Shown here: piece after piece, positions 10,101-20,792 of the stretch | Layout: every line of letters starts with the position of its first letter | Numbering within the stretch: position 1 is the stretch's first letter | NCBI GenBank assembly: GCA_965198115.1 | Contig: OZ240241.1 | Coordinates: 4,608,001-4,672,000, forward strand | Origin: Candidatus Latescibacterota bacterium | GTDB lineage: Bacteria; Latescibacterota; UBA2968 | Direction: 5' to 3' | Length of the DNA: 64,000 bases | Program-made: the position numbers and the translations under genes | Notes under the pieces: generated by a model | Database searches by the model: none | What the model was told of the DNA's origin: nothing | The model's input: only the letters and a program-made list of their open reading frames with translations

Positions 10101-10801
10101 GCTCATGTCGCAGCAGGCCCACTCGATCTTGGATCTCTGGTAGGGACTGAGAGCCTCTGTGAAGAACCGATCGATCGTTTTACGCGCCCTGCCGCGGCCA
10201 ACCCACACCACGCAGGAGCGGTCCAGATCGTAAACGAGCGTGGCGTACCTGTGACGCTTGGCGTAGGAGATCTCGTCGATCCCGATGGTTTTGAGCCCTC
10301 GGATACGATGACCTTCACGAAGCCGCGTGATGGATCGGTGAAGGAGATCCGACAGCGTCGAGGCAGAGATGCGCAGCAACTCGGACGCCGCCTTCTGCGT
10401 CATGGTCTGGCAGTAGCGCAGCATGGCATACTCGAAGCGATACGTCACCCGAGAGAACCGCTCCGCCCACGGAATCTCCTCGACCACACGACCGTGGGTA
10501 GGACACCGAATCTCCCGAGGATGGTAGAGAAGCCAGACCCTCCACCCGCACACCGGAATGTCACGCCACCGACGCGGATGGGGCATTGTGCGGACGATTT
10601 TACCTCGACGGCCGCACTCCGGACAACAACAACCATTCTTATGTGGCTTTACGGCGATGACGAAGCAGCTTCTCCCCTCAAACCACCAGCTGACAACACG
10701 GAACCCCTTGAATCTCAGCAGTTTCGATAGTAATCTGCTCCCGGTCATAGGTCGCACCCCCTTCGCTTTGATTGTCCTACACACACAACCAAGCGTAGGG
10801 A
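10101..10801 (-). mobile_element. Truncated ISL3-family element (5' half of transposase)
   Basis: Near-identical to 37449-38869 and 58921-60347; CPECG zinc finger, GIDEISY; stops at WACCDMS. Confidence 0.9.
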
Positions 10802-12178
10802 GAGGTCGAGTCAAGAGGTGTGTAAATAGATCAGGCGGCCAGCTTCTTCCCGGAGTCGATTGTGGTCATAGTTTGGTTGTGCTGTGCATAAACAACGTGT
10901 AACAGATGGGGTGCATTGAGTCGCCGGAAGCGTTTCTCGGCGACCATCAGTGTTCGCCAGATGAGAGCGCTTGCCGAGACGACCTTCTTGTAGCGTTTGG
11001 CGGCGTTGGTTCGTAACCGCACGGATGCAAAGGGGCTCTCGACGATGTTGGTCGTTCTCAGGTGGCGCCAGTGTTCTTCTGGGAAATCGAAGAAGGTGAG
11101 CATCCTATCCCAATCCCGTTCGAGTGTTGCCACCGCCTTCGGGAACTCGTTGCGATATCGTGCGACGAACTGCTTGCGCAGCTTCTCCGCATCCTGACGC
11201 GTGCTGGCATAGGGAATCTGGACGAGCAGTGCACGAGCTTGAGGCTGCTGACGTTTGTGGATCTGGTCCGGGACGTTGAGAATCTTGTGGTTCCAGCACC
11301 GCTGCTGACGGGTGTGCGGCCAGACCTGATCGACGGCAGACCAGATGCCCATATTGCCATCGGCCGCCATCAGAATGGGGTGATCCAAGCCGCGATCCCG
11401 TAGGTCTCTAAGGACAGCCAGCCAGGACTCGGTCGACTCGCGATACCCAGGCACCAGGCCCAGAACCTCTTTGCGGCCGTCACTCATGGCGCCGATCACG
11501 ACAAGCAGACACGCCTTATCTTTCTCAAGTCCGGCTTTGACGTAGATCCCATCGGCCCAGGCATACACGAGCTCACGATCGTCCAGGCGTCGTTCCTGCC
11601 AGGTCTGGTAATCAACCTCCCATTGACCGCGGAGGCGAGCAATCGACGAGGGGGAGAGCGGAGCCCCATCACCGAGAAGCCCTCGCAGGGCCAACTCGAA
11701 GTCGCCCTGAGACAGACCGTGGAGATAGAGCTCCGGGAGCAGTTCCCCCACCTCTCTCGTGCGCCGAGCGAACAACGGCAGAATCCTGCTCTCGAAGCGC
11801 TCCTCCAAACCGCGAACACGGGGCCGCTTGATCTGGATCGTGCCGCAAGAGGTCGACAATCGCCGCAGCTTCCCATAGCCGTTGCGATAACCGGATCTTG
11901 CATCTACGGCTTCTTTGCGCTCATACCACCCGCGTCCGAGGAACTGGGTCACTTCCTCCTCAACGATGGACTGAATGCGAACCTCGATTTCCTTACGCAA
12001 CCACCCCTCAAGGGTTTCCCACGTCGGCATGGACAACGAGGGGGACTTCGACTTATGTTTTCCCACGGCGATCCTCCTTCCCACCGGGCCTGTGAACCCG
12101 GTATTTCGTGGATATTGTTATCTCACGGGAAGTGTAGGGTCGCCTTTTCTATTTTTCCACACCTATTGATTGTAGCTC
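10802..12178 (-). mobile_element. IS256-family element related to but distinct from 2005-3378
   Basis: TIRs GAGCTACAATCAATAGGTGTGG / GAGGTCGAGTCAAGAGGTGTGT; flanks do not form a TSD. Confidence 0.92.
10831..12084 (-). CDS. IS256-family transposase
   Basis: 417-aa ORF with the same motifs as 2098-3348. Confidence 0.95.
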   Translation of the reverse strand: MGRRIAVGKHKSKSPSLSMPTWETLEGWLRKEIEVRIQSIVEEEVTQFLGRGWYERKEAVDARSGYRNGYGKLRRLSTSCGTIQIKRPRVRGLEERFESRILPLFARRTREVGELLPELYLHGLSQGDFELALRGLLGDGAPLSPSSIARLRGQWEVDYQTWQERRLDDRELVYAWADGIYVKAGLEKDKACLLVVIGAMSDGRKEVLGLVPGYRESTESWLAVLRDLRDRGLDHPILMAADGNMGIWSAVDQVWPHTRQQRCWNHKILNVPDQIHKRQQPQARALLVQIPYASTRQDAEKLRKQFVARYRNEFPKAVATLERDWDRMLTFFDFPEEHWRHLRTTNIVESPFASVRLRTNAAKRYKKVVSASALIWRTLMVAEKRFRRLNAPHLLHVVYAQHNQTMTTIDSGKKLAA

Positions 12179-12179
12179 T

Positions 12180-13592
12180 ATCTCTCGAATCGGTCTGCAC
12201 TCTTCGCCTTCCAACGGCCGCGGCATCGATGATCGCGGCAACCCGATCGATTCGCTCGTCATCGAAAACTGCAGCTTCTACAACCTGACAGCCGACATTC
12301 TGCGCGACGGCGGTGGCGGTATCATCAACTATGCCGACGTGAATCACAACACGTTCGTCAACATTGGCCAGCACGGCCTGAACTTCGGCGAAGTGATTAC
12401 TGCCCACGTTACGAACAACCTGTTCATGAACGTCGGCTACCTCGGCTCGACTACCGCCAACGAAGAGTTGGATCCCGATGAGGACGGTCGCGTGATCATC
12501 GCCGATTCGCTCGGTATCGACATCACCGCCGACCAGGTTCTGAACGTCCGCAATAACAATTTTTACATCGACCCTACGATCGAAGCGAGCCAACCGGACT
12601 CCGTCCTCAGTGCGACCGAACTGGGCAAGTATAGCCTGCACGCCGCCGTGTTGGTCGAAGCTTCCGGAACAGACGCGACGAACATCTCCGAAGCCATCAC
12701 CTTCGTGAACGGGCCGGCGGATCCGACCAGTCTGATGCTGGCGTATTTCATGGATCCGGCTACCGCTCCAAGTTGGGACAACACTGGAGCACCTTACGAC
12801 TTCCTCTACACGGGGGGTGGATCCGCCACTGCCTCCACGGGAATGCAGCCCCTCGGCGATCTCAGCTGGCATATGCTCGAAATCGTTGACAGCGACCGCA
12901 CGACACCGCTCGTCGACGCGGATGACGGTGCAATTTCGTTGCCAGAGGGAGACGAAGGTCCCGCGGGCGTCGACCTCGACACCGCCAGCGGCAACCAGAG
13001 CAAACACATCACGGATAGCGTTCCCGCCGTGGGCGACCAGGTCACGGTGGACATCTTCGTGACCGAGGGCGCGTCCGGCCAGACCGGCTATCAGGCGACA
13101 TTGACGTGGGACCCGACGGCACTTTCGCTCACGTCGTATGCGTCCACCGACGTTTTCACTGGCGGCCTCAACCTCCCCGTGGAGACTGAGGGATCCTACA
13201 CCGCTGGCGTCGCTATCCTGGGTGGAGCGGCAAGCGCCGATGCAGGAAGCATCGGCCTGGCAACCTTCACGGTGCTCGACGGATTCAGCGAAGCCACCGT
13301 GGTGACGCTCACGGTCGTTTCGCTCGAAACCCTCGGATCGGCTAATGTGCTCGACATCGGCCCCGGCGCCGCCTACGTCGTCATCGGCAGTGTCGGTGAG
13401 ACGCCCGCGGTTGTGAAATCTGCGGACCTCGACGACACACCGGGTGTCGGTTTCGGCGACTTCATCATCTTCGCGGGTGGCTTCAACACGGCTGCCGGCG
13501 ATGAGGGTTTTGACGATCGGCTGGACCTGGATGGGGACGGCACGGTAGGATTCGGTGACTTTCTCCTCTTTGCGGCCGCATTCTCAGCGTAG
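12180..13592 (+). pseudogene. Secreted/surface protein (beta-helix-like, cohesin-like and EF-hand/dockerin-like tail), 5'-truncated by IS256
   Basis: Frame is open from the IS end (NGRGIDDRGNPIDSLVIENCSFYN); acidic composition; C-terminal DLDDTPGVGFGDF..F / DLDGDGTVGFGDF..FA..F. Confidence 0.75.
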
Positions 13593-13607
13593 ATCGTCTC
13601 GAATCAC

Positions 13608-13648
13608 AAAGAAGCCCCCGATCGGTCCGTTCCGGTCGGGGGCTTTTC
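13608..13648 (+). terminator. Rho-independent terminator
   Basis: AAGCCCCCGA...TCGGGGGCTTTT after the stop codon. Confidence 0.85.
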
Positions 13649-13760
13649 AATTGAACAGTCGTCTGCCAGAATTCAATGCCCGAACGTTAGATTGGGTCAC
13701 CCCTGGAATGAGGGCTCATCTTGCCCACATATCCCTGTTTTTAAAAAGGTTAATCGATTC

Positions 13761-13789
13761 TTGATCGATCGCCTGACCGTCATTATATT
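13761..13789 (+). promoter_or_regulatory. Putative sigma70 promoter of parE-parC
   Basis: TTGATC-17 bp-TATATT about 120 bp upstream of the parE ATG. Confidence 0.4.
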
Positions 13790-13908
13790 ATAGGTCCCCT
13801 CGGTTGACCCCTCTTCCGAGGCCCATCTCTCCCTCACGCGCCCCCCGCGTGCGTGAATTTCTCCCTATCTTCTACTCATTCGGATTCATCCATCACGTAA
13901 GGTGATCT

Positions 13909-15810
13909 ATGCCCGCCACGGCCAAACCCCGGTCCTCCGGTCAGCTCGACCTCATATCCAAACCCAAGAACGGATCGGCAAACGGAAAGACCCGTAAATC
14001 GAACGGGCGATCCAAACAGTCGGCACCCGGCGTCTACGACGAGAGCAAAGTCAAGACGCTTAGCTCGCTTGAGCACATCCGGCTTCGCACCGGCATGTAC
14101 ATCGGCCGTCTCGGCGACGGCACCGACTTCGACGACGGCATCTACATCCTCCTCAAGGAAGTCGTCGACAACGCCGTCGACGAATTCATCATGGGGCACG
14201 GCAAAAAGATCGACGTCAAAATCGGCGCCGATGGGCGTGTCAGCGTACGCGACTACGGGCGTGGTATTCCCCTCGGTAAAGTCATCGAATGCGTCTCTGT
14301 CATCAACACCGGCGCCAAATACAACGACGACGTCTTCCAGTTCAGCGTCGGCCTCAACGGCGTCGGCACCAAGGCCGTCAACGCCCTCAGCATCGACTTC
14401 AAGGTCATCGCCTATCGTGACGGAAAGTACTCCGAGGCCGTCTTCTCCCAGGGTCAACTCGTCAGCAAGAAGCAGGGCAAAGCTCAGAAGCCGAACGGGA
14501 CGCACGTCGAATTTCTGCCCGACGAAGAGATTTTTGGAGAATTCGAGTTCAACGAGGAGTACGTCGAGCGTCGTATGTGGAACTACGCCTGCCTCAACAG
14601 CGGGCTGACGCTCAACTTCAACAAGAAAAAATTCGTCACCCGAGCGGGCTTGCTCGAGTTCCTCAACCGCGAAGTCGGTGACGACGTCATCTACGTGCCC
14701 TGCTACCACAAGAGCCAATACATCGAGTTCGCCTTCACCCACGCCGCAACCTACGGAGAAACCTACTACAGCTTCGTCAACGGCCAGCATACGGCCGACG
14801 GCGGCACCCACCAGAGCGCGTTCCGCGAGGGTGTGCTCAAGGGCGTCAACGAATTCTTCAAGAAAAACTACGGCGGTGCCGATGTGCGCGAGTCCATCAC
14901 CGGCGCGGTGGCCGTCAAGCTCAAGGAACCAGTTTTCGAATCACAAACGAAGAACAAGCTCGGCAACACTGACGTTCGAGCCTGGATCGTCGCAGAGACA
15001 CGCTCGGCCGTCGTCGACTGGCTTCACAAAAACGGGGCCATCGCCAAAAAGCTCGAAGCAAAGGTCATCCACAACGAAAAGCTTCGGAAGGAACTCAATG
15101 CTGTAAAGAAGGAAGCCAAAGAAGCCGCCAAGAAAATCGCCATCAAGATTCCGCACTTCAAAGACTGCAAGCATCACCTGGGCCACAAAAAGTACGGAGA
15201 GGATTCGACCATCTTCATCACAGAGGGACCGTCAGCGGCGGGATCGATGGTCTCGGCGCGCGACGTCCTCACACAGGCCATCTTCGGACTCAAAGGCGTG
15301 CCCATGAACCTGCACGGCAAGACCCGTGCGGCCATTTACAAGAACGTCGAAATGTTCAATCTCATGTCCGCGCTCGGTATCGAAGACAGCGTCGACAACC
15401 TCCGATTCAACAGAGTCATCATCGCCACCGACGCCGACCACGACGGCTTCCACATTCGTATCCTGCTCCTCACCTTCTTCCTTTCTTTCTTCGAAGAACT
15501 CGTCCAGCGCGGCCACGTCTACATCCTCGAAACTCCGCTCTTCCGGGTCCGGAACAACAAGGAAACTCGTTACTGTTACACGCCGAAGGAGCGAGTCGCC
15601 GCCATTGAAGAGATTCGAAGTCCCGAAGTCACGCGATTCAAAGGACTCGGCGAGATCTCCCCTAAGGAATTCGGCCAGTTCATCGGCGAAGACATGCGCG
15701 CCGTCAAAGTCAACCTGCGCAGCCTCAAAGAAGTACCTGATATGCTCGAATTCTACATGGGACGGAATACCCCGGAGCGAAAAGACTACATCATAGAAAA
15801 CCTCATTTAG
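13909..15810 (+). CDS. parE: DNA topoisomerase IV subunit B
   Basis: EHIRLRTGMYIG, EVVDNAVDE, DYGRGIP, SVGLNGVG, TOPRIM DADHDG, TRFKGLGEI; 633 aa. Confidence 0.92.
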   Translation: MPATAKPRSSGQLDLISKPKNGSANGKTRKSNGRSKQSAPGVYDESKVKTLSSLEHIRLRTGMYIGRLGDGTDFDDGIYILLKEVVDNAVDEFIMGHGKKIDVKIGADGRVSVRDYGRGIPLGKVIECVSVINTGAKYNDDVFQFSVGLNGVGTKAVNALSIDFKVIAYRDGKYSEAVFSQGQLVSKKQGKAQKPNGTHVEFLPDEEIFGEFEFNEEYVERRMWNYACLNSGLTLNFNKKKFVTRAGLLEFLNREVGDDVIYVPCYHKSQYIEFAFTHAATYGETYYSFVNGQHTADGGTHQSAFREGVLKGVNEFFKKNYGGADVRESITGAVAVKLKEPVFESQTKNKLGNTDVRAWIVAETRSAVVDWLHKNGAIAKKLEAKVIHNEKLRKELNAVKKEAKEAAKKIAIKIPHFKDCKHHLGHKKYGEDSTIFITEGPSAAGSMVSARDVLTQAIFGLKGVPMNLHGKTRAAIYKNVEMFNLMSALGIEDSVDNLRFNRVIIATDADHDGFHIRILLLTFFLSFFEELVQRGHVYILETPLFRVRNNKETRYCYTPKERVAAIEEIRSPEVTRFKGLGEISPKEFGQFIGEDMRAVKVNLRSLKEVPDMLEFYMGRNTPERKDYIIENLI

Positions 15811-15817
15811 GACTGAA

Positions 15818-15890
15818 CGGGAGATCGGGAGAGGGGCGAGCGGGAGACACGGTTTTTCGCCCGCTCTCCCGCTCGCCCCGTCCCCCGCTC
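15818..15890. repeat. Inverted short GC-rich tandem repeats between parE and parC
   Basis: GGGAGA/GGGCGAGCGGGAGA units facing TCTCCCGCTCGCCCC units, able to form a hairpin. Confidence 0.65.
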
Positions 15891-15925
15891 AGCTTTAGGT
15901 CAGGTAACAGGGAGTCAATCAATCG

Positions 15926-17821
15926 ATGCCATACGTAGATAAACTCTACGACCAAAACTATTTGGAATATGCCAGCTACGTCATCAAAGACCGCGCCATC
16001 CCCGATGTCGATGACGGGCTGAAACCGGTCCAACGACGCATCCTGCACTCGCTCGCCGAGGTCGACGACGGCAAGTTCCACAAAGTCGCCAACGTCGTCG
16101 GCAACACGATGAAGTATCACCCCCACGGCGACCAGTCGATCGAAGGCGCCCTCATCGTCCTCGCGCAGAAGGACTATCTCATCGAGAAGCAGGGCAACTT
16201 CGGCAACATCCTCACGGGAGACGAAGCCAGCGCCGCCCGCTACATCGAATGCCGGCTGACCGACCTTGCCCACGACGTCCTCCTCAATAAGGCGATCACC
16301 GAGTACATCGACACCTACGACAGTCGGAACAAAGAACCCGTCGTTTTCCCGGCCAAGGTCCCTCTGCTTCTGATCCTCGGAACCGAGGGCATCGCCGTAG
16401 GCATGTCGACGCGCATCCTGCCGCACAACTTCTGCGAAGTCCTCGAAGCGCAGATCGCCTATCTCAAGCGCAGAAAGTTCAAGCTCTACCCGGATTTCGC
16501 CACAGGCGGCCAGATCGACGTGTCCGAATACAACGACGGAAACGGCAGGGTCCTCGTCCGCGCGGTCCTCGACACGAAAGATCCCAAGCGGATCGTCGTT
16601 CGCGAATTGCCGCACGGCTACACGTCCGAGAGCCTGATCACCTCGATCGAAGATGCCTCGAAAAAGGGCAAGCTCAAAATCAGCTCGATCGCCGACTACA
16701 CGACCGAGGACGCCGAAGTAGACATCCACCTCGCCCGTGGCGTTCAATCGAAAGACACGGTCGACGCCCTGTTCGCATTCACCGGGTGCGAGAACGCCAT
16801 CACGGCCAGCATGCTGGCGATCAAAGACGATCGTCCGCACATCATGAACGTCACCGAGGTCGTCAGACACTGCACCGATCGACTTCTCGACGTCCTTAAA
16901 GCGGAATTGAAGCTCGAGGAACGTGAGCTCAGCGCCAGACACCACGCCAGAACCCTCGAACAGATCTTCATCGAAAACCGGATCTACAAGGAAATCGAAG
17001 AGCAGGAAACCGCGGAGGACGTGAACCAGGCGGTTCTGGATGGATTGAAGCCATTCGCGGGTAAGATCAAGCGCGAAATCACCGACGAGGACATCACAAC
17101 GCTCCTGCGGATTCCCATCCGACGCATCTCTCTCTACGACATCAACAAAGCGCACGAGGAGATGGTTGAAATCCGGAAGCGTCTGCGACAGGTCCGAAAG
17201 CACCTGAAGGCGCTCAAGGACTACGCTGTCAGCTATTTGGAAGGCATTCTCAAGAAATACTGCAAGCAGTTCCCGCGTAAGACCGAAGTCGTCAGCCTCG
17301 AACAGGTCGACGTCCGTGAGGCCGCACAGCGCAACCTGACACTCAAATACGACGCCCGGCGGGGATATCTCGGCTACGACGTCAACGGTGCCGCCCAATT
17401 CGACGTCAGCCCCTACGACCGTGTCCTCGTCATCCGTAAATCAGGCACGTGGTCGGTCCAGGATGCGCCCGACAAAGTCTTCGTCGACAAAGGCATGCTC
17501 TATTGCGGCTTCGTCGATCCCGAACGCATCTACTCGCTCCTTTACGCGGACGAAAAGGGCAACCCTTGCCTCAAGCGGTTCCAGATCGACAAGTTCATCC
17601 TCAACAGAGGCTACGACCTCGTCCCATCCGGCTGCAAACCCATCCGCCTCACGACCGAGCGTGATGTGAGCGTCGTCGTCGACTACAAGCCCAAGCCACG
17701 GGTCCGCGTCATCCAGGAAGAATTTGACGTTGAAGAATTCCTCGTGAAGGGCAACAGGGCCAAGGGCGTCCGTCTCGCCAACCGCGAAGTCCGCAACGGC
17801 AAATTCGCAGCGCAGGAGTAG
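15926..17821 (+). CDS. parC: DNA topoisomerase IV subunit A
   Basis: RAIPDVDDGLKPVQRR, YHPHGD, QGNFG, catalytic AARY; short C-terminal domain, no GyrA-box seen. Confidence 0.92.
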   Translation: MPYVDKLYDQNYLEYASYVIKDRAIPDVDDGLKPVQRRILHSLAEVDDGKFHKVANVVGNTMKYHPHGDQSIEGALIVLAQKDYLIEKQGNFGNILTGDEASAARYIECRLTDLAHDVLLNKAITEYIDTYDSRNKEPVVFPAKVPLLLILGTEGIAVGMSTRILPHNFCEVLEAQIAYLKRRKFKLYPDFATGGQIDVSEYNDGNGRVLVRAVLDTKDPKRIVVRELPHGYTSESLITSIEDASKKGKLKISSIADYTTEDAEVDIHLARGVQSKDTVDALFAFTGCENAITASMLAIKDDRPHIMNVTEVVRHCTDRLLDVLKAELKLEERELSARHHARTLEQIFIENRIYKEIEEQETAEDVNQAVLDGLKPFAGKIKREITDEDITTLLRIPIRRISLYDINKAHEEMVEIRKRLRQVRKHLKALKDYAVSYLEGILKKYCKQFPRKTEVVSLEQVDVREAAQRNLTLKYDARRGYLGYDVNGAAQFDVSPYDRVLVIRKSGTWSVQDAPDKVFVDKGMLYCGFVDPERIYSLLYADEKGNPCLKRFQIDKFILNRGYDLVPSGCKPIRLTTERDVSVVVDYKPKPRVRVIQEEFDVEEFLVKGNRAKGVRLANREVRNGKFAAQE

Positions 17822-17845
17822 GGTCACGGCATGCCGTGACCCTAC
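17818..17845. repeat. REP-like perfect 28-bp palindrome
   Basis: GTAGGGTCACGGCATGCCGTGACCCTAC; second copy at 35463. Confidence 0.85.
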
Positions 17846-17857
17846 GAGCACACACCC

Positions 17858-17894
17858 AAAGGCGCCGGCCGTTTCGACCGGCGTTTTTGTTTTT
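17858..17894 (+). terminator. Rho-independent terminator after parC
   Basis: GCGCCGG...CCGGCGT followed by TTTTGTTTTT. Confidence 0.8.
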
Positions 17895-18591
17895 CCCTCT
17901 TTCCCTCCCTCCGTATACTACCGCTCGCTTCGAGTTCTTCGTGCCTTCACGTCTTAGTGTCTTCGCGTTTCAGATTCCCCTGGAGGTCATCGTGCGCGTC
18001 ATCGTCGTCGGTTGCGAATACACGGGCGTCACCACGCTCATCAAGGGCATCTTCGCCTGGGGCTTGGAACGTGGGATCCACCACCATCTGGACGACCACT
18101 TCACCATCCCCGACGCCTACCATCTCTCCGCCGAAGAGCAGCAGGGCATGCTCGACATGCTGCCCGGCATCAAAGAACGATTCCAACGCTTCCAGATCGC
18201 CTACCACGTCCGTCTGATCAACAAATACAAACACATCCTGATGGTGGCTTCTACCTGGAAGAGATGGTTTACGGTCCCCGCTACTACTACCCCGGCAAGA
18301 ACGCCAGAAGAGTGGGCGAACGATCCGTACCCGCCATCGACCATCACGAGTGCGAACCCGACCTCCCAAGGGACGCGATCGTCGCCCACCTCCACGCCCG
18401 ACCGGACGTCATTCGCGCTCGCATGGAATCAGATCCGCATCCGCATCAACTCGTGCCCTCGGAGGACGTCGAAGCAGTGCTCGAAGAATTCGCCCAGGAA
18501 GTTCAGTCATGACCTCCGGCAAAGCCGGAGGCTTGAAAACTTGTGAACCGCTCAAAGCGGTTGGAAACCAAGCGCCACCTAAAGGTGGCGA

Positions 18592-20404
18592 TTACCTGAA
18601 AATGTTGAGCTGGTCGAGACGCCGGTCCTCCCGCTCCTGGTTCTGGATATACTCCCGAACCGTCTGTTCATCCTTGCCAACGGTGGAGACCCAGTAGCCT
18701 CTTGCCCAGAAATGCTGCCCGGTGAAGTTCGACCTGCGTCCCAGATAGTTCCGAGCAATGTGAATCGCACTCTTTCCTTTGATGAACCCTACCGTCTGAG
18801 CTACTGAGTGCTTCGGCGGGATCGAAAGAGCTATAATCAAAAGGTGTGGAAAAAGAGAAAGGGCGACCCTACCCTTCCCGTGAGATAGTTGATTCACACA
18901 AAACCGGGTGAGAGGCCCGGTTGGGAAGGAGGATCGCCATGAAGGAACATACGCATAGAGCCCCATTGAAGTCCATGCCGACGTGGGAGACGGTTGACGA
19001 TTGGATCCGTGAAGAGATCCAGGGCCGGTTCCAGTCCATTCTGGAGGAGGAGGCGACCGCGTTCTTGGGCCGGTCGTGGTATGAGCGCCGAGCCGAGGTC
19101 GATAGCTCCAGGGGCTACAGGAACGGCTACGGCAAGCCCCGGCGTCTCTCGACGAGCTGCGGAACGATCAAGGTCCGGCGTCCCCGGGTTCGTGGTCTGG
19201 AAGAGCGGTTTGAAAGCCGCATCCTCCCCCTGTTCGCCCGGAGAACCAGGGCCATTGGAGATCTGCTTCCCGACCTTTATCTCCACGGTCTCTCCCAGGG
19301 CGACTTCGAGTTGTCTTTGCGTGCGCTGCTCGGTGATGGCGCGCCGCTTTCGCCGACCTCGATCGCTCGTCTTCGAGGGAAGTGGGAGGTCGACTTCCAG
19401 GACTGGAAAGAAAGGCGTCTGGATAATCGCGAACTGGTCTACGCCTGGGCTGATGGCATCTACGTCAAAGCCGGGCTCGAGCGCGAGAAGGCGTGTCTGC
19501 TGGTCGTGATCGGCGCGATGAGCGACGGCAGCAAGGAGATCCTGGCGATAGAACCCGGTTATCGAGAGTCTACAGAATCCTGGCTCACGGTGCTCCGGGA
19601 TCTCCGGGATCGCGGGCTCGAACATCCTGTCCTGATCGCCGCGGACGGGAATATGGGCATCTGGGCGGCCGTTGATCAGGTCTGGCCAGAGAGCCGGCAA
19701 CAACGGTGCTGGAACCACAAGATCCTCAACGTGCTCGACAAGGTCGCCAAGCGTGCACAGGCTGAAGCCCGCGCACTGCTCGTCCAGATCCCCTATGCCG
19801 GCACGAAAAAGGAGGCCGAGAAGCTCCGGAAACGCTTTGCCGCACGGTATCGCTCACAGTTCCCTGCCGCCGTGGAGACGCTCGAAAGAGACTGGGATCG
19901 GATGGTCACGTTCTACGACTTCCGAAGGAACACTGGAAACACCTGAGAACCACGAACGTCGTCGAGAGCCCCTTTGCTTCCGTTCGGCTTCGCACAAACG
20001 CCGCCAGGCGATTCAAGAAAGTCAGGAACGCCACGGCTCTCATCTGGCGTACGCTCAAGGTCGCAGAGAGCCGATTCAGGAAACTCACCGCGCCACACTT
20101 GCTACAACAAGTCTACGATCAGAAACACTCAACCGAACCGCAGGTCGAAGCCGGGAAGATGGCCGCCTGATTTCTTTTACACACCTATTGACCTGAGCTC
20201 GATCGAAATCAGCATGTGCACATGGTCGGATCGCAGGTGACCCTCTTCCACACGGCATTCCTTCTGTGCGGCCAGATCCCGAATCACCTCGCCCAGATAG
20301 CGACGAATTTCACCATACAACACTTTTCTACGATACTTCCGAACCCAAACAACGTCATACTTGCACTCCCAAACCGTGTGACGTAGACTCCTTACGTTGT
20401 TCAT
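18592..20404 (-). pseudogene. tnpA: Y1 HUH transposase split by IS256
   Basis: KYRRKVL..DHVHMLISI | PPKHSVAQTVGFIKGKS..FWARGYWVSTVG..YIQNQ. Confidence 0.92.
18828..20200 (+). mobile_element. IS256 copy (1373 bp), transposase frameshifted at about 19921
   Basis: Near-identical to 2005-3378; 8-bp TSD GATCGAAA at 18820-18827 and 20201-20208; one C missing in TTCCCGAAG. Confidence 0.95.
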
Positions 20405-20792
20405 TAGAGAGCCTTCCTTCCGTGTGCTTTGAGCGGTCCACGGCAAGGGAGGCTCTTACATATTTCTGGAACTGTCAAACTCTGGGAGTCTCCCCGGCAG
20501 AGCCGGGGGCTTACCAAGGTTTAGTTATGTTCCCTCAAGGGCAAATTCGATATCGACACGTCAGACCTGTCTCCCGAGCAACTCCTGGACGAATACCTCA
20601 GGTTATCGATTCCTCACCTGAACCCTGTGGATGGCAATACCCGCCTGTTGACCTCATAGCAACCAACGCGAAGACACGAAGAGAAGTGGTGGCTGTCATC
20701 TGTCTTCTGTCCTCGATCATCTGGGTTCGCGGTCACTTCGACTGCGCTCAGTGCAGGCTCGACCGCTCCCACCGGTTCTCTCTTCAACAGCT

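Larger units (their letters stand above)
18505..20529 (-). mobile_element. IS200/IS605-family element (tnpA only), interrupted by IS256; boundaries approximate
   Basis: Subterminal hairpins CCTCCGGCAAAGCCGGAGG (18513) and CCCCGGCAGAGCCGGGG (20492). Confidence 0.88.
17992..20659 (+). pseudogene. P-loop kinase-like hypothetical protein, frameshifted and split by IS200::IS256
   Basis: VIVVGCEYTGVTTL (degenerate Walker A), AHLHARPDVIRARM; C-terminus KGKFDIDTSDLSPEQLLDEY resumes at about 20535. Confidence 0.65.

Noticed and set aside
15803-17398. Long antisense ORFs (for example 15803-17398, 13876-14811, 30394-31629, 62940-63866)
   Set aside because: Shadows of real genes caused by high-GC codon bias; no recognisable motifs
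13909-17821. gyrB/gyrA
   Set aside because: The short A subunit without a GyrA-box and the SVGLNGVG / TRFKGLGEI motifs fit the ParE/ParC type
18505-20529. IS605 with TnpB/omegaRNA
   Set aside because: Only about 90 bp lie between the tnpA stop and the element end; no tnpB
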